Source of the DNA: Candidatus Obscuribacterales bacterium
Lineage (GTDB): Bacteria > Cyanobacteriota > Vampirovibrionia > Obscuribacterales > Obscuribacteraceae
Direction: 5' to 3'
DNA: 64,000 bases
Assembly (NCBI GenBank): GCA_965228855.1
Contig: CBDDIJ010000002.1
Coordinates: 1,504,001-1,568,000 of the forward strand
Each line of letters begins with the position of its first letter. Position 1 is the stretch's first letter. Shown here piece after piece: positions 9,815 to 19,409 of the stretch. Below the pieces are notes generated by a model. It did not search any database and had not been told where the DNA came from. It saw only the letters and a list, made by a program, of their open reading frames with translations. The translations under genes and the position numbers were made by a program.

Positions 9815-11611
9815 ATGAAACGAAGCATTGGCTGTGGGCGCTTGTCCCTCGACGATCTGGACAAAGAAGTTTGTGTAGCAGGCTGGGTCAACGTTAGACG
9901 CGACCTGGGCGGTTTGATTTTTCTCGAGCTCAGGGATCGTTCAGGTCGTTTGCAGTTGGTCGCCGACCCGAACAAGAACAAAGACGTTCACGAAAAATTT
10001 GTAACCTTGCGCAATGAATTCGTGATTATCGCCAAAGGAAAAATTAGTCGCCGCCCGGAAGGGACCGAGAAGCCGGACCAGCCGACTGGAATGATTGAAC
10101 TCTATCCGGATGAGATGGAGTTGTTGAACACGAGCCGTCCTCTGCCGTTTCAATTGGAACTCGGTCAGCAGGTCGACGAGTCGCTCCGGCTGAAATATAG
10201 ATATTTAGACCTGCGCCGTCGCGAAATGCAGCGCAACCTTATTCTGAGAAGTCGCGTAACCATCGCCATTCGCAAGTATCTTGACGAGAATGATTTCCTC
10301 GATGTTGAAACGCCCATCCTCACGAAAGCTACACCGGAAGGGGCTCGCGACTTCCTCGTTCCGAGCCGTTTAACTCCGGGCAGCTGGTATGCGTTACCGC
10401 AGTCGCCGCAGTTGTTTAAGCAAACGCTCATGGTCAGTGGTCTCGAGCGCTACTACCAGGTCGCGCGTTGTTTCCGCGATGAAGATTTGCGCGCCGATCG
10501 CCAGCCTGAGTTTACTCAGGTTGATATCGAGATGTCATTCATCAACGAAGAAGACATTTTTGAAATCTCTGAAGGGCTTTTGCAGCGTGCGTTCAAAGAG
10601 GCGGACGTTGACATCAAGGGACCTTTCCCCAGATTGACTTACAAAGAAGTAATGGATCGCTTCGGCAGTGACAAGCCGGACTTGCGCTTCGAGATGGAAA
10701 TTAAGGATTTGACCGAGGTTGCGAAGACCTGCGAGTTTCGCGCGTTTAAAGAAACCGTTGCCGCTGGTGGCGTTCTCAAAGCGCTCTGCCTCAAGGGGAT
10801 GGCGGAGAAAAGCTCGCGCAAAGATCTGGATGGCTGGCAGGAGGTTGCTAAAGGTTTCGGTGCAAAGGCGCTTGCCTGGCTGACTTTCAAATCTGAAGGT
10901 GTCAAATCTTCCGGCATCGACAAATTCTTTAAACCTGAAGAAATCGAACAGATGCGCCAACTCGCCGGAGCCGAGACCGGTGACATCGTGCTTCTGGTGG
11001 CCGATACCTATAAGGTCGTCACCAATGTGCTTGGACGCCTGCGTCTGAAGCTGGCAGAAGACCTCGGTCTTGTAGATGAGAGCAAGCATGCGCTTCTGTG
11101 GGTCATCGACTTCCCGGTATTCGAGTGGAATGAGGATGAGAACCGGCTTGAAGCAGTGCACCATCCATTCACAAGTCCGAGATTGGAAGATCTGGAAAAC
11201 TTTGACACGCAGCCGGAACTGGCGCGTGCCAGAGCGTACGACTGCGTATACAACGGTTGCGAAATCGGCGGCGGTTCAATCCGGATTCACTCCAAGGATG
11301 TGCAGTCCAAGGTCTTCTCGAAGATCGGCTTGACAGAAGAAACCGCTCGCGAAAAATTCGGATTCCTTCTGGACGCGCTAGATTCGGGCGCACCGCCCCA
11401 CGGAGGGATTGCTTTCGGACTGGACCGTCTGGTCATGCTCCTAGCGGGTTGCAAGTCGATAAGAGACGTGATCGCGTTTCCGAAAACGCAGTCCGGCGCT
11501 TGCCTCTTGACCGATGCACCATCGGCGGCACCAGACGAGCAACTCAAAGAATTGCAGTTGAAGCATGAAGCACCGAAACAACCAGCAAAAGTGACGGCAG
11601 ATAAAAGTTAG
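9815..11611 (+). CDS. aspS: aspartate--tRNA ligase
   Basis: RRDLGG, TPEGARDF, ALPQSPQLFKQ, CFRDEDLRADRQPEFTQ, GAPPHGGIAFGLDR motifs. Confidence 0.97.
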   Translation: MKRSIGCGRLSLDDLDKEVCVAGWVNVRRDLGGLIFLELRDRSGRLQLVADPNKNKDVHEKFVTLRNEFVIIAKGKISRRPEGTEKPDQPTGMIELYPDEMELLNTSRPLPFQLELGQQVDESLRLKYRYLDLRRREMQRNLILRSRVTIAIRKYLDENDFLDVETPILTKATPEGARDFLVPSRLTPGSWYALPQSPQLFKQTLMVSGLERYYQVARCFRDEDLRADRQPEFTQVDIEMSFINEEDIFEISEGLLQRAFKEADVDIKGPFPRLTYKEVMDRFGSDKPDLRFEMEIKDLTEVAKTCEFRAFKETVAAGGVLKALCLKGMAEKSSRKDLDGWQEVAKGFGAKALAWLTFKSEGVKSSGIDKFFKPEEIEQMRQLAGAETGDIVLLVADTYKVVTNVLGRLRLKLAEDLGLVDESKHALLWVIDFPVFEWNEDENRLEAVHHPFTSPRLEDLENFDTQPELARARAYDCVYNGCEIGGGSIRIHSKDVQSKVFSKIGLTEETAREKFGFLLDALDSGAPPHGGIAFGLDRLVMLLAGCKSIRDVIAFPKTQSGACLLTDAPSAAPDEQLKELQLKHEAPKQPAKVTADKS

Positions 11612-11751
11612 GTTGACCGGTATTAGTGCCGGAGAAATGTAGGTTTTTCACCAGCCTGGAATTCTGGCGGATCGTGCTAGAATGCCATCAGCTGGATGCT
11701 TTGCCGACATCCTCGCTGCAATCACAGACTTGTTACTGCAATGAGCAATTC

Positions 11752-12624
11752 ATGTCACACGGAAACTCAAAACTGAACTTCGCTTTGAACGGATCGACCG
11801 CGCTTTCCGGCGGTCGTGCTCGCAAGGTTGCTTTTTCGGTCTTGAGTTTTTCTCTGGCTGCCTTCTGTTTAACCTCTTGTGCATCTAATTCCTCATCTAA
11901 TTCTGCTACCTCCGATGGACAGAGTCTTGAGTCGGCTCCGTTTGAGTTCAAAACTTCAACCGAGCATTTGTTGGAAGGCAACAACTATTTTAAGAAAGGC
12001 GATTATGCCAAAGCAGAGATCGCTTATCGCAAGGCTTTGAGGAAAGACCCGAACAATCCGACCGCGAAAAATAATCTTGGCGTCATTCTAAATGAGCTCG
12101 GCAAGCCGGACGAAGCGATTCCGATTTTGCAGGAAGCTATCAAAACTGACAATAAGAACGCAATTGCGCACTATGTCCTCGGAAAGGCTTTGAACTCGAA
12201 GCAGAGATTCGACGAGGCGTTTACGGAAGCGAAAGTGGCTACGGAACTCGACCCGACCGATCCAATTAGCTGGAGAACTCTAGGCGAGGCGGCACTTGGA
12301 AGGGGAGATATCGATACTGCAATTAGCTCTTTCAAACAAGCACTGATCATTGACGACACTCATGACCTCAGTCATCATAGATTGGCTCAGGCTCTGGCAA
12401 TCAAGGGTGATGTCGAAGGACAGATCGAGGAAGAGCGGAATGCGCTCGAACTAAATCCCAACAACATCGACGCTCGATTATCGCTGGCTATTGCGCTGAC
12501 GAATCAGGGCAAGCGCGATGATGCAATTGCTGAGTTGAAGGAGGTCCTGGAGATGGACCCGCGAAACAACACCGCTCAGAATCTCTATAAGCAAATAAGC
12601 CAGCAGCCAGCTAAAACGAATTAG
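11752..12624 (+). CDS. TPR-repeat lipoprotein
   Basis: Lipobox-like LTSC after a hydrophobic stretch; about six TPRs. Confidence 0.85.
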   Translation: MSHGNSKLNFALNGSTALSGGRARKVAFSVLSFSLAAFCLTSCASNSSSNSATSDGQSLESAPFEFKTSTEHLLEGNNYFKKGDYAKAEIAYRKALRKDPNNPTAKNNLGVILNELGKPDEAIPILQEAIKTDNKNAIAHYVLGKALNSKQRFDEAFTEAKVATELDPTDPISWRTLGEAALGRGDIDTAISSFKQALIIDDTHDLSHHRLAQALAIKGDVEGQIEEERNALELNPNNIDARLSLAIALTNQGKRDDAIAELKEVLEMDPRNNTAQNLYKQISQQPAKTN

Positions 12625-12770
12625 GCTCTAAGCCTCCTCCGGAACTAAGATGGCTAGTCCGTCGTGAGCTGGTCGTGATGTGCTCTTGTCAAATTGCAGC
12701 GAAAGTTCAAAATAGACTATTGAATCGATGTTTCTGCAAGTGTGGAAACTCTCTGAGCGATTTCGTGAAG

Positions 12771-12789
12771 ACGCTGATTTAATCAGCGT
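12771..12789. promoter_or_regulatory. perfect inverted repeat, candidate operator upstream of comM
   Basis: acgctgatt-t-aatcagcgt. Confidence 0.35.
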
Positions 12790-12908
12790 TTTAGACGATG
12801 TTACTTTGCGTGCTCTCAAGTATCATGCGATTAGTCAAACGAACTAGGTCGGACTCGACTTCGTTTGTGACCAGCAGGTCAGTGACGTGATCCGACGGAG
12901 GGCGTCCA

Positions 12909-14513
12909 ATGTTTTCGCGCGTATTGTCCGGTGGCATCATCGGAGTTGATTCATACAAATTAGAAGTTGAAGTTGATTGCTGTGGCGGGATAGGTCAGAT
13001 TCAGGTAGTCGGATTGCCGGACGCTGCCGTCAAGGAATCACAGGAGCGTGTGAGGTCGGCCATTAAGGCGTGCGGGTTCATGCTGCCGCCTGCGAAGAAG
13101 TGGGTGGTAAATCTGGCTCCTGCCGATACCAAGAAAGAAGGACCGGCTTACGACCTGCCAATTGCTATCGGGATTCTGGCTTCATGCAGTCTTATACCGA
13201 CGCACAATTTAGATCGACTCTGGATGGTTGGAGAGCTGGGTTTGGACGGTAGCGTTCGCCCCGTGTCCGGCGTGCTACCTCTGGCAATTGCTTGCTTGCA
13301 GAGCGGTGCCTCAGGCATCATCGTGCCGGAAGCAAACGCAGAGGAAGCGGCACTGGTGGAGAAGCTGAAGGTCTTTCCTGTGAGTCATCTCCGACAGGCG
13401 GTTCTCGCGGTTGAGAGTTTGAAAAACGTTGCTGAGTTCGACTGTAACTTTAGAGAAACGTTTTCTCGAGAGGTATCGAATGCGATACCATCGACAAATT
13501 TTAGCGAGGTGAAAGGACAGGGCATGGCCAAGATGGCTCTGGAAGTCGCCGCCGCAGGGCGGCACAATGTGTTGATGGTCGGGCCTCCCGGAGCAGGCAA
13601 GTCGATGCTGGCGGAGAGATTGCCGACGATCATGCCACCTCTCGAATACGAGGAAGCTATAGAACTAACTAAGTTGTACAGCGTTGCGGGACTTCTGGAA
13701 AACGGTTCCGGTCTGGTGAAACAGCGACCTTTTCGAGCACCGCATCACAGCTCATCTGTGGCGGGGCTGATAGGAGGTGGCACGTCGCCGAAGCCGGGAG
13801 AAATCTCGTTGAGCCACCTGGGAATTTTGTTTCTGGATGAGTTGACCGAATTTTCCAAGTATCATCTAGACAATCTGCGGCAGCCTCTGGAAACGCGGAA
13901 AGTCACCATCAGCAGAGCCATGCACAGTCTTACATATCCTGCTTCATTTTTGCTGGTTGCAGCTTGCAATCCTTGTCCATGCGGATACAAAAACGACATC
14001 GCAAAATATTGTATTTGTACACCCGGACAAACGGATCGATACTGGTCGCGATTATCGGGACCGCTTCTCGATCGAATCGACATTCAGGTCACAACCCGTC
14101 GTTTGTGCGAAGAGGATTTGGCGCGGACGGAACCGGCGGAATCGTCTGAGTCGATAAGAGCTCGGGTTCAAAGGGCCGTTTACAAGCAGATGGCTCGCAA
14201 TATAGTTCAACCTAAGGTTGGCGATACCAGCACCAAACCGACGTTTTTCTACAACGCTCAGATTCCCAGCCGGATGCTCGGTGAAATCTGCCACATAAGC
14301 GAGTTTCAGCGGCGCTGGTTGGCCAGAGAAGTATCGAACCGCGGATTTACCGCCCGAGCGTTCGACCGAATCCTCAGATTGGCTCGCACTATCGCTGACT
14401 TGAAAGATTGCGATCAAATAGAGCACGGACATCTGCATGAAGCACTTCGGTACCGAACCCTCGAGGAGAGCACAAGTTCATCCTGGGGGGGTTCAATGAA
14501 GGCGTCTACCTGA
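12909..14513 (+). CDS. comM: YifB/ComM family Mg-chelatase-like AAA ATPase
   Basis: VGLPDAAVKES, NLAPADTKKEG, GPPGAGKS, PFRAPHHS, NPCPCG, SGPLLDRID. Confidence 0.92.
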   Translation: MFSRVLSGGIIGVDSYKLEVEVDCCGGIGQIQVVGLPDAAVKESQERVRSAIKACGFMLPPAKKWVVNLAPADTKKEGPAYDLPIAIGILASCSLIPTHNLDRLWMVGELGLDGSVRPVSGVLPLAIACLQSGASGIIVPEANAEEAALVEKLKVFPVSHLRQAVLAVESLKNVAEFDCNFRETFSREVSNAIPSTNFSEVKGQGMAKMALEVAAAGRHNVLMVGPPGAGKSMLAERLPTIMPPLEYEEAIELTKLYSVAGLLENGSGLVKQRPFRAPHHSSSVAGLIGGGTSPKPGEISLSHLGILFLDELTEFSKYHLDNLRQPLETRKVTISRAMHSLTYPASFLLVAACNPCPCGYKNDIAKYCICTPGQTDRYWSRLSGPLLDRIDIQVTTRRLCEEDLARTEPAESSESIRARVQRAVYKQMARNIVQPKVGDTSTKPTFFYNAQIPSRMLGEICHISEFQRRWLAREVSNRGFTARAFDRILRLARTIADLKDCDQIEHGHLHEALRYRTLEESTSSSWGGSMKAST

Positions 14514-14542
14514 TGTCGTATGAGGTGTTATCATGTTTGGCT

Positions 14543-14947
14543 ATGCACAAAATCAGTCGACAGATTCAATTTTGCTACGGGCACCGCCTACTCAACTATG
14601 AAGGCAAGTGCAAAAATCTGCATGGTCACAACGGCGTTGCCGTAGTCACCCTGGAGTCCAGAAGTCTTGACGATCTAGGTATGGTCGCGGATTTCTCAGA
14701 TGTTAAGAAAGCCGTCCTGCCCTGGATCGATCAAGAGTTCGATCATCGCATGCTACTGCACAAGGACGATCCACTGGTGCCGTTGTTGAAAGCTCAGGGC
14801 GACCCCGTGAAGGTACTCGATGTTAATCCGACAGCTGAAAATATTGCGCGTTTGATTTTCGACCACGTGAAATCTGCCGGCTTCCCGGTATCGGATGTGG
14901 TGCTATGGGAAACCCCGAATTGTTCGGCATCGTACTCCGGCGAGTAA
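14543..14947 (+). CDS. queD: 6-carboxytetrahydropterin synthase (PTPS family)
   Basis: GHRL..GKCKNLHGHN, DFSDVK, PTAENIA, LWETP; alternative start 14513 overlaps the comM stop. Confidence 0.9.
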   Translation: MHKISRQIQFCYGHRLLNYEGKCKNLHGHNGVAVVTLESRSLDDLGMVADFSDVKKAVLPWIDQEFDHRMLLHKDDPLVPLLKAQGDPVKVLDVNPTAENIARLIFDHVKSAGFPVSDVVLWETPNCSASYSGE

Positions 14948-14954
14948 GGATTTT

Positions 14955-16340
14955 CTATTTCGCGCTTGCGGTCGCGAACAGCGCATTATGCAGTTGTTTC
15001 ACAGCCCTGTCAGCATCCTGGTTTGCGACTACGAAGCTCAGCGTGATATCGGACGCCCCACCTGAGATCATCACGATGTTGATGTCTTTAAGTGCGGCAA
15101 AAACCTGACCGGCAATTCCACTTTGAGCGCGGAAATGAGTCCCCACAACGGTGACGATAGCCACGTCATGCTGGACGCGCACATCGCAGAGTTCGTGCAG
15201 GCTTTCCAGAATCGACTCGATGTTGTCTTTGTTGTCGATGGTAACTGAGACCGATACTTCGGATGTCGCGATCAAGTCGATAGGCGTTCTGTACTTGTCG
15301 AAAACGGAGAAAACCTTAGCGAGAAATCCATGCGACATCAACATATTGAGTGAGTTGAAGAAGAGCGCGGAGATGTTCTTCTTGGAAGCGATCGCATAGA
15401 GTGGCTGCTCGTCGCTGGCCTCTTCGATGACGGTGCCTTTGCTTTCCGGGCGCAGAGTGTTTAGAATCCGAACGGGAATGTTTTTCTCGACGGCGGGCTT
15501 GATAGTAAGTGGGTGAAGAACTTTCGCACCGAAGTACGCGAGTTCCGACGCCGCTTTGAATGATACCGTTTGTAGTACCTGCGCTTCCGGAACGATTCGC
15601 GGATCGGCAGTCATCATGCCGTCTACGTCGGTCCAAATTTGAATTTCGTCAGCTTCGCAAGCGACGCCGAGAATGGCAGCGCTATAGTCGGAACCGCCGC
15701 GACCCAATGTTGTGGTAATACCACTGGCGGTGCTGCCAATAAAACCTTGCGTGACCACAACTCGTTCGTCTGCTAGCTCGGGAAGTATCGTCCCCTGTGC
15801 TTTAGCGGCCGTAGTTTCCCACAGGGGGTTGGCTTTGCCGAATACATTGTCGGTGACCAGAAATGTTCTTGCGTCCACCCAGGAAGATTCGACGCCTTCT
15901 TTCTCTAATAGGGTCGCAAAAATCAAGCTCGAAAGAAGTTCTCCGAAGCATGAGATGGCGTCGAGCGATCGTTTGGTCAGCTCACCAAGATAGCTTACGC
16001 CGCGCAGGATGATGTCGAGCTTGTTCAGGTGGTTTTCGAGCTGTTCAACCAGTTCGTCCACAACCGATGCCTGTTGGAATAACGTGTAAATGCAGTCTTT
16101 GTGTTTCTCGTGAATCTTATCGAGAATGTCGAGGGCAGCATCCAGGTCGCGTTCCTTGGCTGCGTTGGCCGCATTGATGAGCATGTCCGTCACCCCGGAC
16201 ATCGCCGAAAGCACGACTATGGGCGCGCCGTCCTTTTCTTTGGTAGCCTTGACGATCTCGAGGACGGATGTGAGCCTTTCGGCCGAGCCGACTGAAGTAC
16301 CGCCGAATTTCATCACGATCATAGAAGTGCCAGTCTCCAT
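14955..16340 (-). CDS. lysC: aspartate kinase
   Basis: VMKFGGTSV, TTLGRGGSDYSA, WTDVDG..DPR, two C-terminal ACT domains. Confidence 0.93.
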   Translation of the reverse strand: METGTSMIVMKFGGTSVGSAERLTSVLEIVKATKEKDGAPIVVLSAMSGVTDMLINAANAAKERDLDAALDILDKIHEKHKDCIYTLFQQASVVDELVEQLENHLNKLDIILRGVSYLGELTKRSLDAISCFGELLSSLIFATLLEKEGVESSWVDARTFLVTDNVFGKANPLWETTAAKAQGTILPELADERVVVTQGFIGSTASGITTTLGRGGSDYSAAILGVACEADEIQIWTDVDGMMTADPRIVPEAQVLQTVSFKAASELAYFGAKVLHPLTIKPAVEKNIPVRILNTLRPESKGTVIEEASDEQPLYAIASKKNISALFFNSLNMLMSHGFLAKVFSVFDKYRTPIDLIATSEVSVSVTIDNKDNIESILESLHELCDVRVQHDVAIVTVVGTHFRAQSGIAGQVFAALKDINIVMISGGASDITLSFVVANQDADRAVKQLHNALFATASAK

Positions 16341-16486
16341 GGTTGGCTCAGCTGCACAATTTCGTCGTTGAGGCAGTGATTAGCTGCGTGTCAAACAGAA
16401 ACAGTCTATTGAGCCTTCCAATTTTACCCGGCATCAAGCCGGAATAGATTGAGTATTGCGAACACTAACCGATTCTCAGGCTAAGC

Positions 16487-16517
16487 AAAAAGGACTGCGC
16501 GACGCGCAGCCCTTTTC
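16487..16517 (-). terminator. intrinsic terminator after murA
   Basis: Minus strand aaaagggctgcgc-gtc-gcgcagtcctttttt. Confidence 0.65.
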
Positions 16518-16544
16518 AGATGATTCAGATGCCGATGCTCAGGC

Positions 16545-17861
16545 TTAGCGGCGCCAGATCTCAGCTCCAAGTGATCTGAGCTTTTCTTCGAGGCGATCGT
16601 AACCACGGTCAAGGTGTCTCAACCCGGTGACTTCGGTGATGCCTTCGGCGCCCAGACCGGCAACGATTAGTGCAGCTCCGGCTCTCAGATCGCTCGCTTT
16701 GACTTCAGCTCCCATGAGCTTGTCGACGCCTTTGACCACTGCGGCATTGCCCTTGATCACTACGTCGGCACCCATGCGTCTTAGTTCGGCAGCGTGCATG
16801 AAACGGTTTTCGTAAATGGTTTCTTCGATTATAGAAGTGCCATCTGCAACTGCCATGATCGGCATGAAAGGAGCTTGCAAGTCCGTGGGGAAGGCTGGAT
16901 AAGGCAAAGTTGTGATATCGGTGCCTTTGAATCTGGTGCCATCGCAGCGGACCCGGAAGACATCAGGTGCGTAAATCGCAACTTCTGCTCCCATCTCCTG
17001 GCACTTGCTGATCACTGCATAGAGGTGGTCGGCATGAGCGCCTTCGATCATAATTTCGCCGCCGGTAGCCATACATGCGAGCATGAAAGTACCGACTTCG
17101 ACGCGATCGGGAATGGTGTCGACAACCGCACCATGCATCTCTTCGAAGGGCACACCTTCGATTGTGATCTGGTAGGTGCCGGCGCCGGTAATTTTCGCGC
17201 CCATTGCGTTGCAGCAATCAGCGAGGTTTACGATTTCCGGATCTTGAGCGGCGTTTTCAATTGTTGTGGTGCCTTCTGCGCAAACTGCAGCAAGCATGAT
17301 GTTTTCTGTCGCACCGTTGGATGGACGATCGAGATAGATTCTGGAACCAACAAGCTTCTTCGCACTCGCTGAGACATAACCGTGATCGATTCTGACGTCG
17401 GCGCCAAGAATTTTCAAACCACGCTCGTGCAAGTCGAGTTTGCGTTCGCCGATGGAGCAACCACCGGGGAGTGAAACTTTTGCTTCGCGGAAGCGGCTGA
17501 GAAGAGGTCCGAGAACAACGAACGAAGCGCGGAGATGGCTAACCAGCTCGTAAGGTGCTTCCCAATCGTTGACACCCGATGCGTCGATGATGACTTCTTC
17601 GTTCTGGATGGTTACTTTAGCGCCGAGGTGGCGAAGAATCGCAGCCATCATGTGCACGTCGGTAAGATTCGGAACGTTGCGGAGAATGGTTGTATCTTTC
17701 GCAAGAAGAGCTGCCGCCATCATTTTGAGCACAGCATTCTTAGCGCCACCGACCTTTACAGATCCGTGCAGCTGTCTGCCGCCCTTGATGATAATGCGGG
17801 AATCGTCTTCAGGATTATTCTGAACGTTGGGAGGATCGACTCGGGTTGTCTTTGATTGCAT
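16545..17861 (-). CDS. murA: UDP-N-acetylglucosamine 1-carboxyvinyltransferase
   Basis: GAKNA, LRAS, LPGGCSIGER (catalytic Cys), FPTDLQ, ENRFMH, DLRAGAAL, HLDRGY. Confidence 0.97.
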   Translation of the reverse strand: MQSKTTRVDPPNVQNNPEDDSRIIIKGGRQLHGSVKVGGAKNAVLKMMAAALLAKDTTILRNVPNLTDVHMMAAILRHLGAKVTIQNEEVIIDASGVNDWEAPYELVSHLRASFVVLGPLLSRFREAKVSLPGGCSIGERKLDLHERGLKILGADVRIDHGYVSASAKKLVGSRIYLDRPSNGATENIMLAAVCAEGTTTIENAAQDPEIVNLADCCNAMGAKITGAGTYQITIEGVPFEEMHGAVVDTIPDRVEVGTFMLACMATGGEIMIEGAHADHLYAVISKCQEMGAEVAIYAPDVFRVRCDGTRFKGTDITTLPYPAFPTDLQAPFMPIMAVADGTSIIEETIYENRFMHAAELRRMGADVVIKGNAAVVKGVDKLMGAEVKASDLRAGAALIVAGLGAEGITEVTGLRHLDRGYDRLEEKLRSLGAEIWRR

Positions 17862-18218
17862 TTAGTTACCGCCGCTTCTATAAGAGCTTTCCGCATGTTT
17901 CGATGGACTAGCAGAGTTGTTGTACGGTTTTGATAGTAAGAGTAGGACCGAGCGCTATGCGCTTCCGCGCTTCGTGTATAGTTATTCGGTCCGCGCCTTG
18001 TCTCTCTGCTTTACTACACCTAAGTAGTGCATAGCGCGCCACACTACTAACTTTACACAATAAAAGTAAATACGGTGTTAAGCAGATAATATCGAGTGTT
18101 TAAAGCAGATGTTTCCATGTGGCAGAAACAATCGAATTTCAACATATCAAGCGGTTCGAGGCGATCGGATATAGGGATGTTAAACTGTCGTAAAACTTGG
18201 CTGCCAAGGCGTTCATAT

Positions 18219-18605
18219 ATGTCTCGCATACTCAAAGTAATCATGTTGATGGTCATTGTCGGTGCTACCACCGGTGGTTGTGCCATGTCCGAAGAAATTC
18301 GACGAATCGAAGAACAACAGAAGGTGACCCAGCGTCGCGAAAAGCAGATGACGACTGACTTGTCGGGGCCGCAAGTCTTTATTCGCAGCTGCAATTCTTG
18401 TCACCCGGGTGCGAAGGCCGGAATGGGACCTGCCCTGGACAAGCTCGGTGAGCACTTTCCCACAGACGATAAACTGAAAAAGTTTATTCGCCAGGGTGTT
18501 GGAATGATGCCACCACAACCCAAGGAAGCGCTCGATGACGTAGAGCTGGACAGTCTTGTGCAGTATCTGCGCGGTCTGAAGTTTGAGGAAGAAAAGAAAA
18601 AATAG
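18219..18605 (+). CDS. monoheme class I cytochrome c, probable lipoprotein
   Basis: Lipobox-like TGGC; CNSCH heme motif; distal Met in GVGMMPP. Confidence 0.85.
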   Translation: MSRILKVIMLMVIVGATTGGCAMSEEIRRIEEQQKVTQRREKQMTTDLSGPQVFIRSCNSCHPGAKAGMGPALDKLGEHFPTDDKLKKFIRQGVGMMPPQPKEALDDVELDSLVQYLRGLKFEEEKKK

Positions 18606-18753
18606 TTTCTCGGTGATTTCAAAAACGCATCTTAACGCCTTTTGAAATCGCCTTGAACACTTCTTTTCCACGAATTCTTTCTATCGCACCTTTCAGCAAA
18701 GGAGCCGAAACCATTGGGCGTTCGATCGCCGTGTCTCGATCTGATGCCGTCAA

Positions 18754-19329
18754 TTATGGAGTGAGCAGATAGAAGAACCAGATCACCAGTATGAAGAGGA
18801 TGGTGAACAAGATAATCCAGGAAACCAGCGCCGGACTCTTCACGATAATCGCTTGAATAGGGCAATATCGAAGGAAGGACTTCATTACCTGATCGCGCTC
18901 CGCCAGATAAATCGATAATATCGGCATCGGCCATACTCGCTTCGACTCGGCTTTGGGGCGATATAACACGAGGATCAGCTCCGGGCTGAGATATACTCTG
19001 GACACCTGATCCCAGTTGACGGTTTTTCGCTGAATCCAGTACGGTCCGCGATATTTAATTCCGCGCGCGCTTATCTGCAGGCTTGACGGAGCCGTATATG
19101 GTCGTGCCCCGATCAAGATGGCGACTACGGCTACGGTCACGAAGAAGCCTTCGACGTTGAATAACAGTTTCCAGCTTTTAGTCAGGTAGAGCGGCGTCCA
19201 ACAAAATTTTGCCAGTCCGAGGTAGGCGGAGGCGAGGAGAAGGCAGAAAATCAGCTCGCTCGGTTCTTTGCCCTCGACAAAATTGTCTTGGGCTTCATTT
19301 TCCAGGTCCTGATTGGTGGCATTGGTCAT
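18754..19329 (-). CDS. membrane protein (two N-terminal TMs, beta-rich domain, C-terminal TM)
   Basis: Hydrophobicity pattern; LQISARGIKY..TVNWDQVSRV resembles bacterial PH-like domains. Confidence 0.65.
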   Translation of the reverse strand: MTNATNQDLENEAQDNFVEGKEPSELIFCLLLASAYLGLAKFCWTPLYLTKSWKLLFNVEGFFVTVAVVAILIGARPYTAPSSLQISARGIKYRGPYWIQRKTVNWDQVSRVYLSPELILVLYRPKAESKRVWPMPILSIYLAERDQVMKSFLRYCPIQAIIVKSPALVSWIILFTILFILVIWFFYLLTP

Positions 19330-19409
19330 CGGACGCTTGAGCTAGAAGAAACTACCAACCTCAGAGTAACGGATATTCGGACTGCCTTTCAATGGTATTT
19401 TTGCCATAC

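Noticed and set aside
16341..16486. Lysine riboswitch upstream of lysC
   Set aside because: Space after the murA terminator is short and I see no AGAGGNGC/loop-E signature
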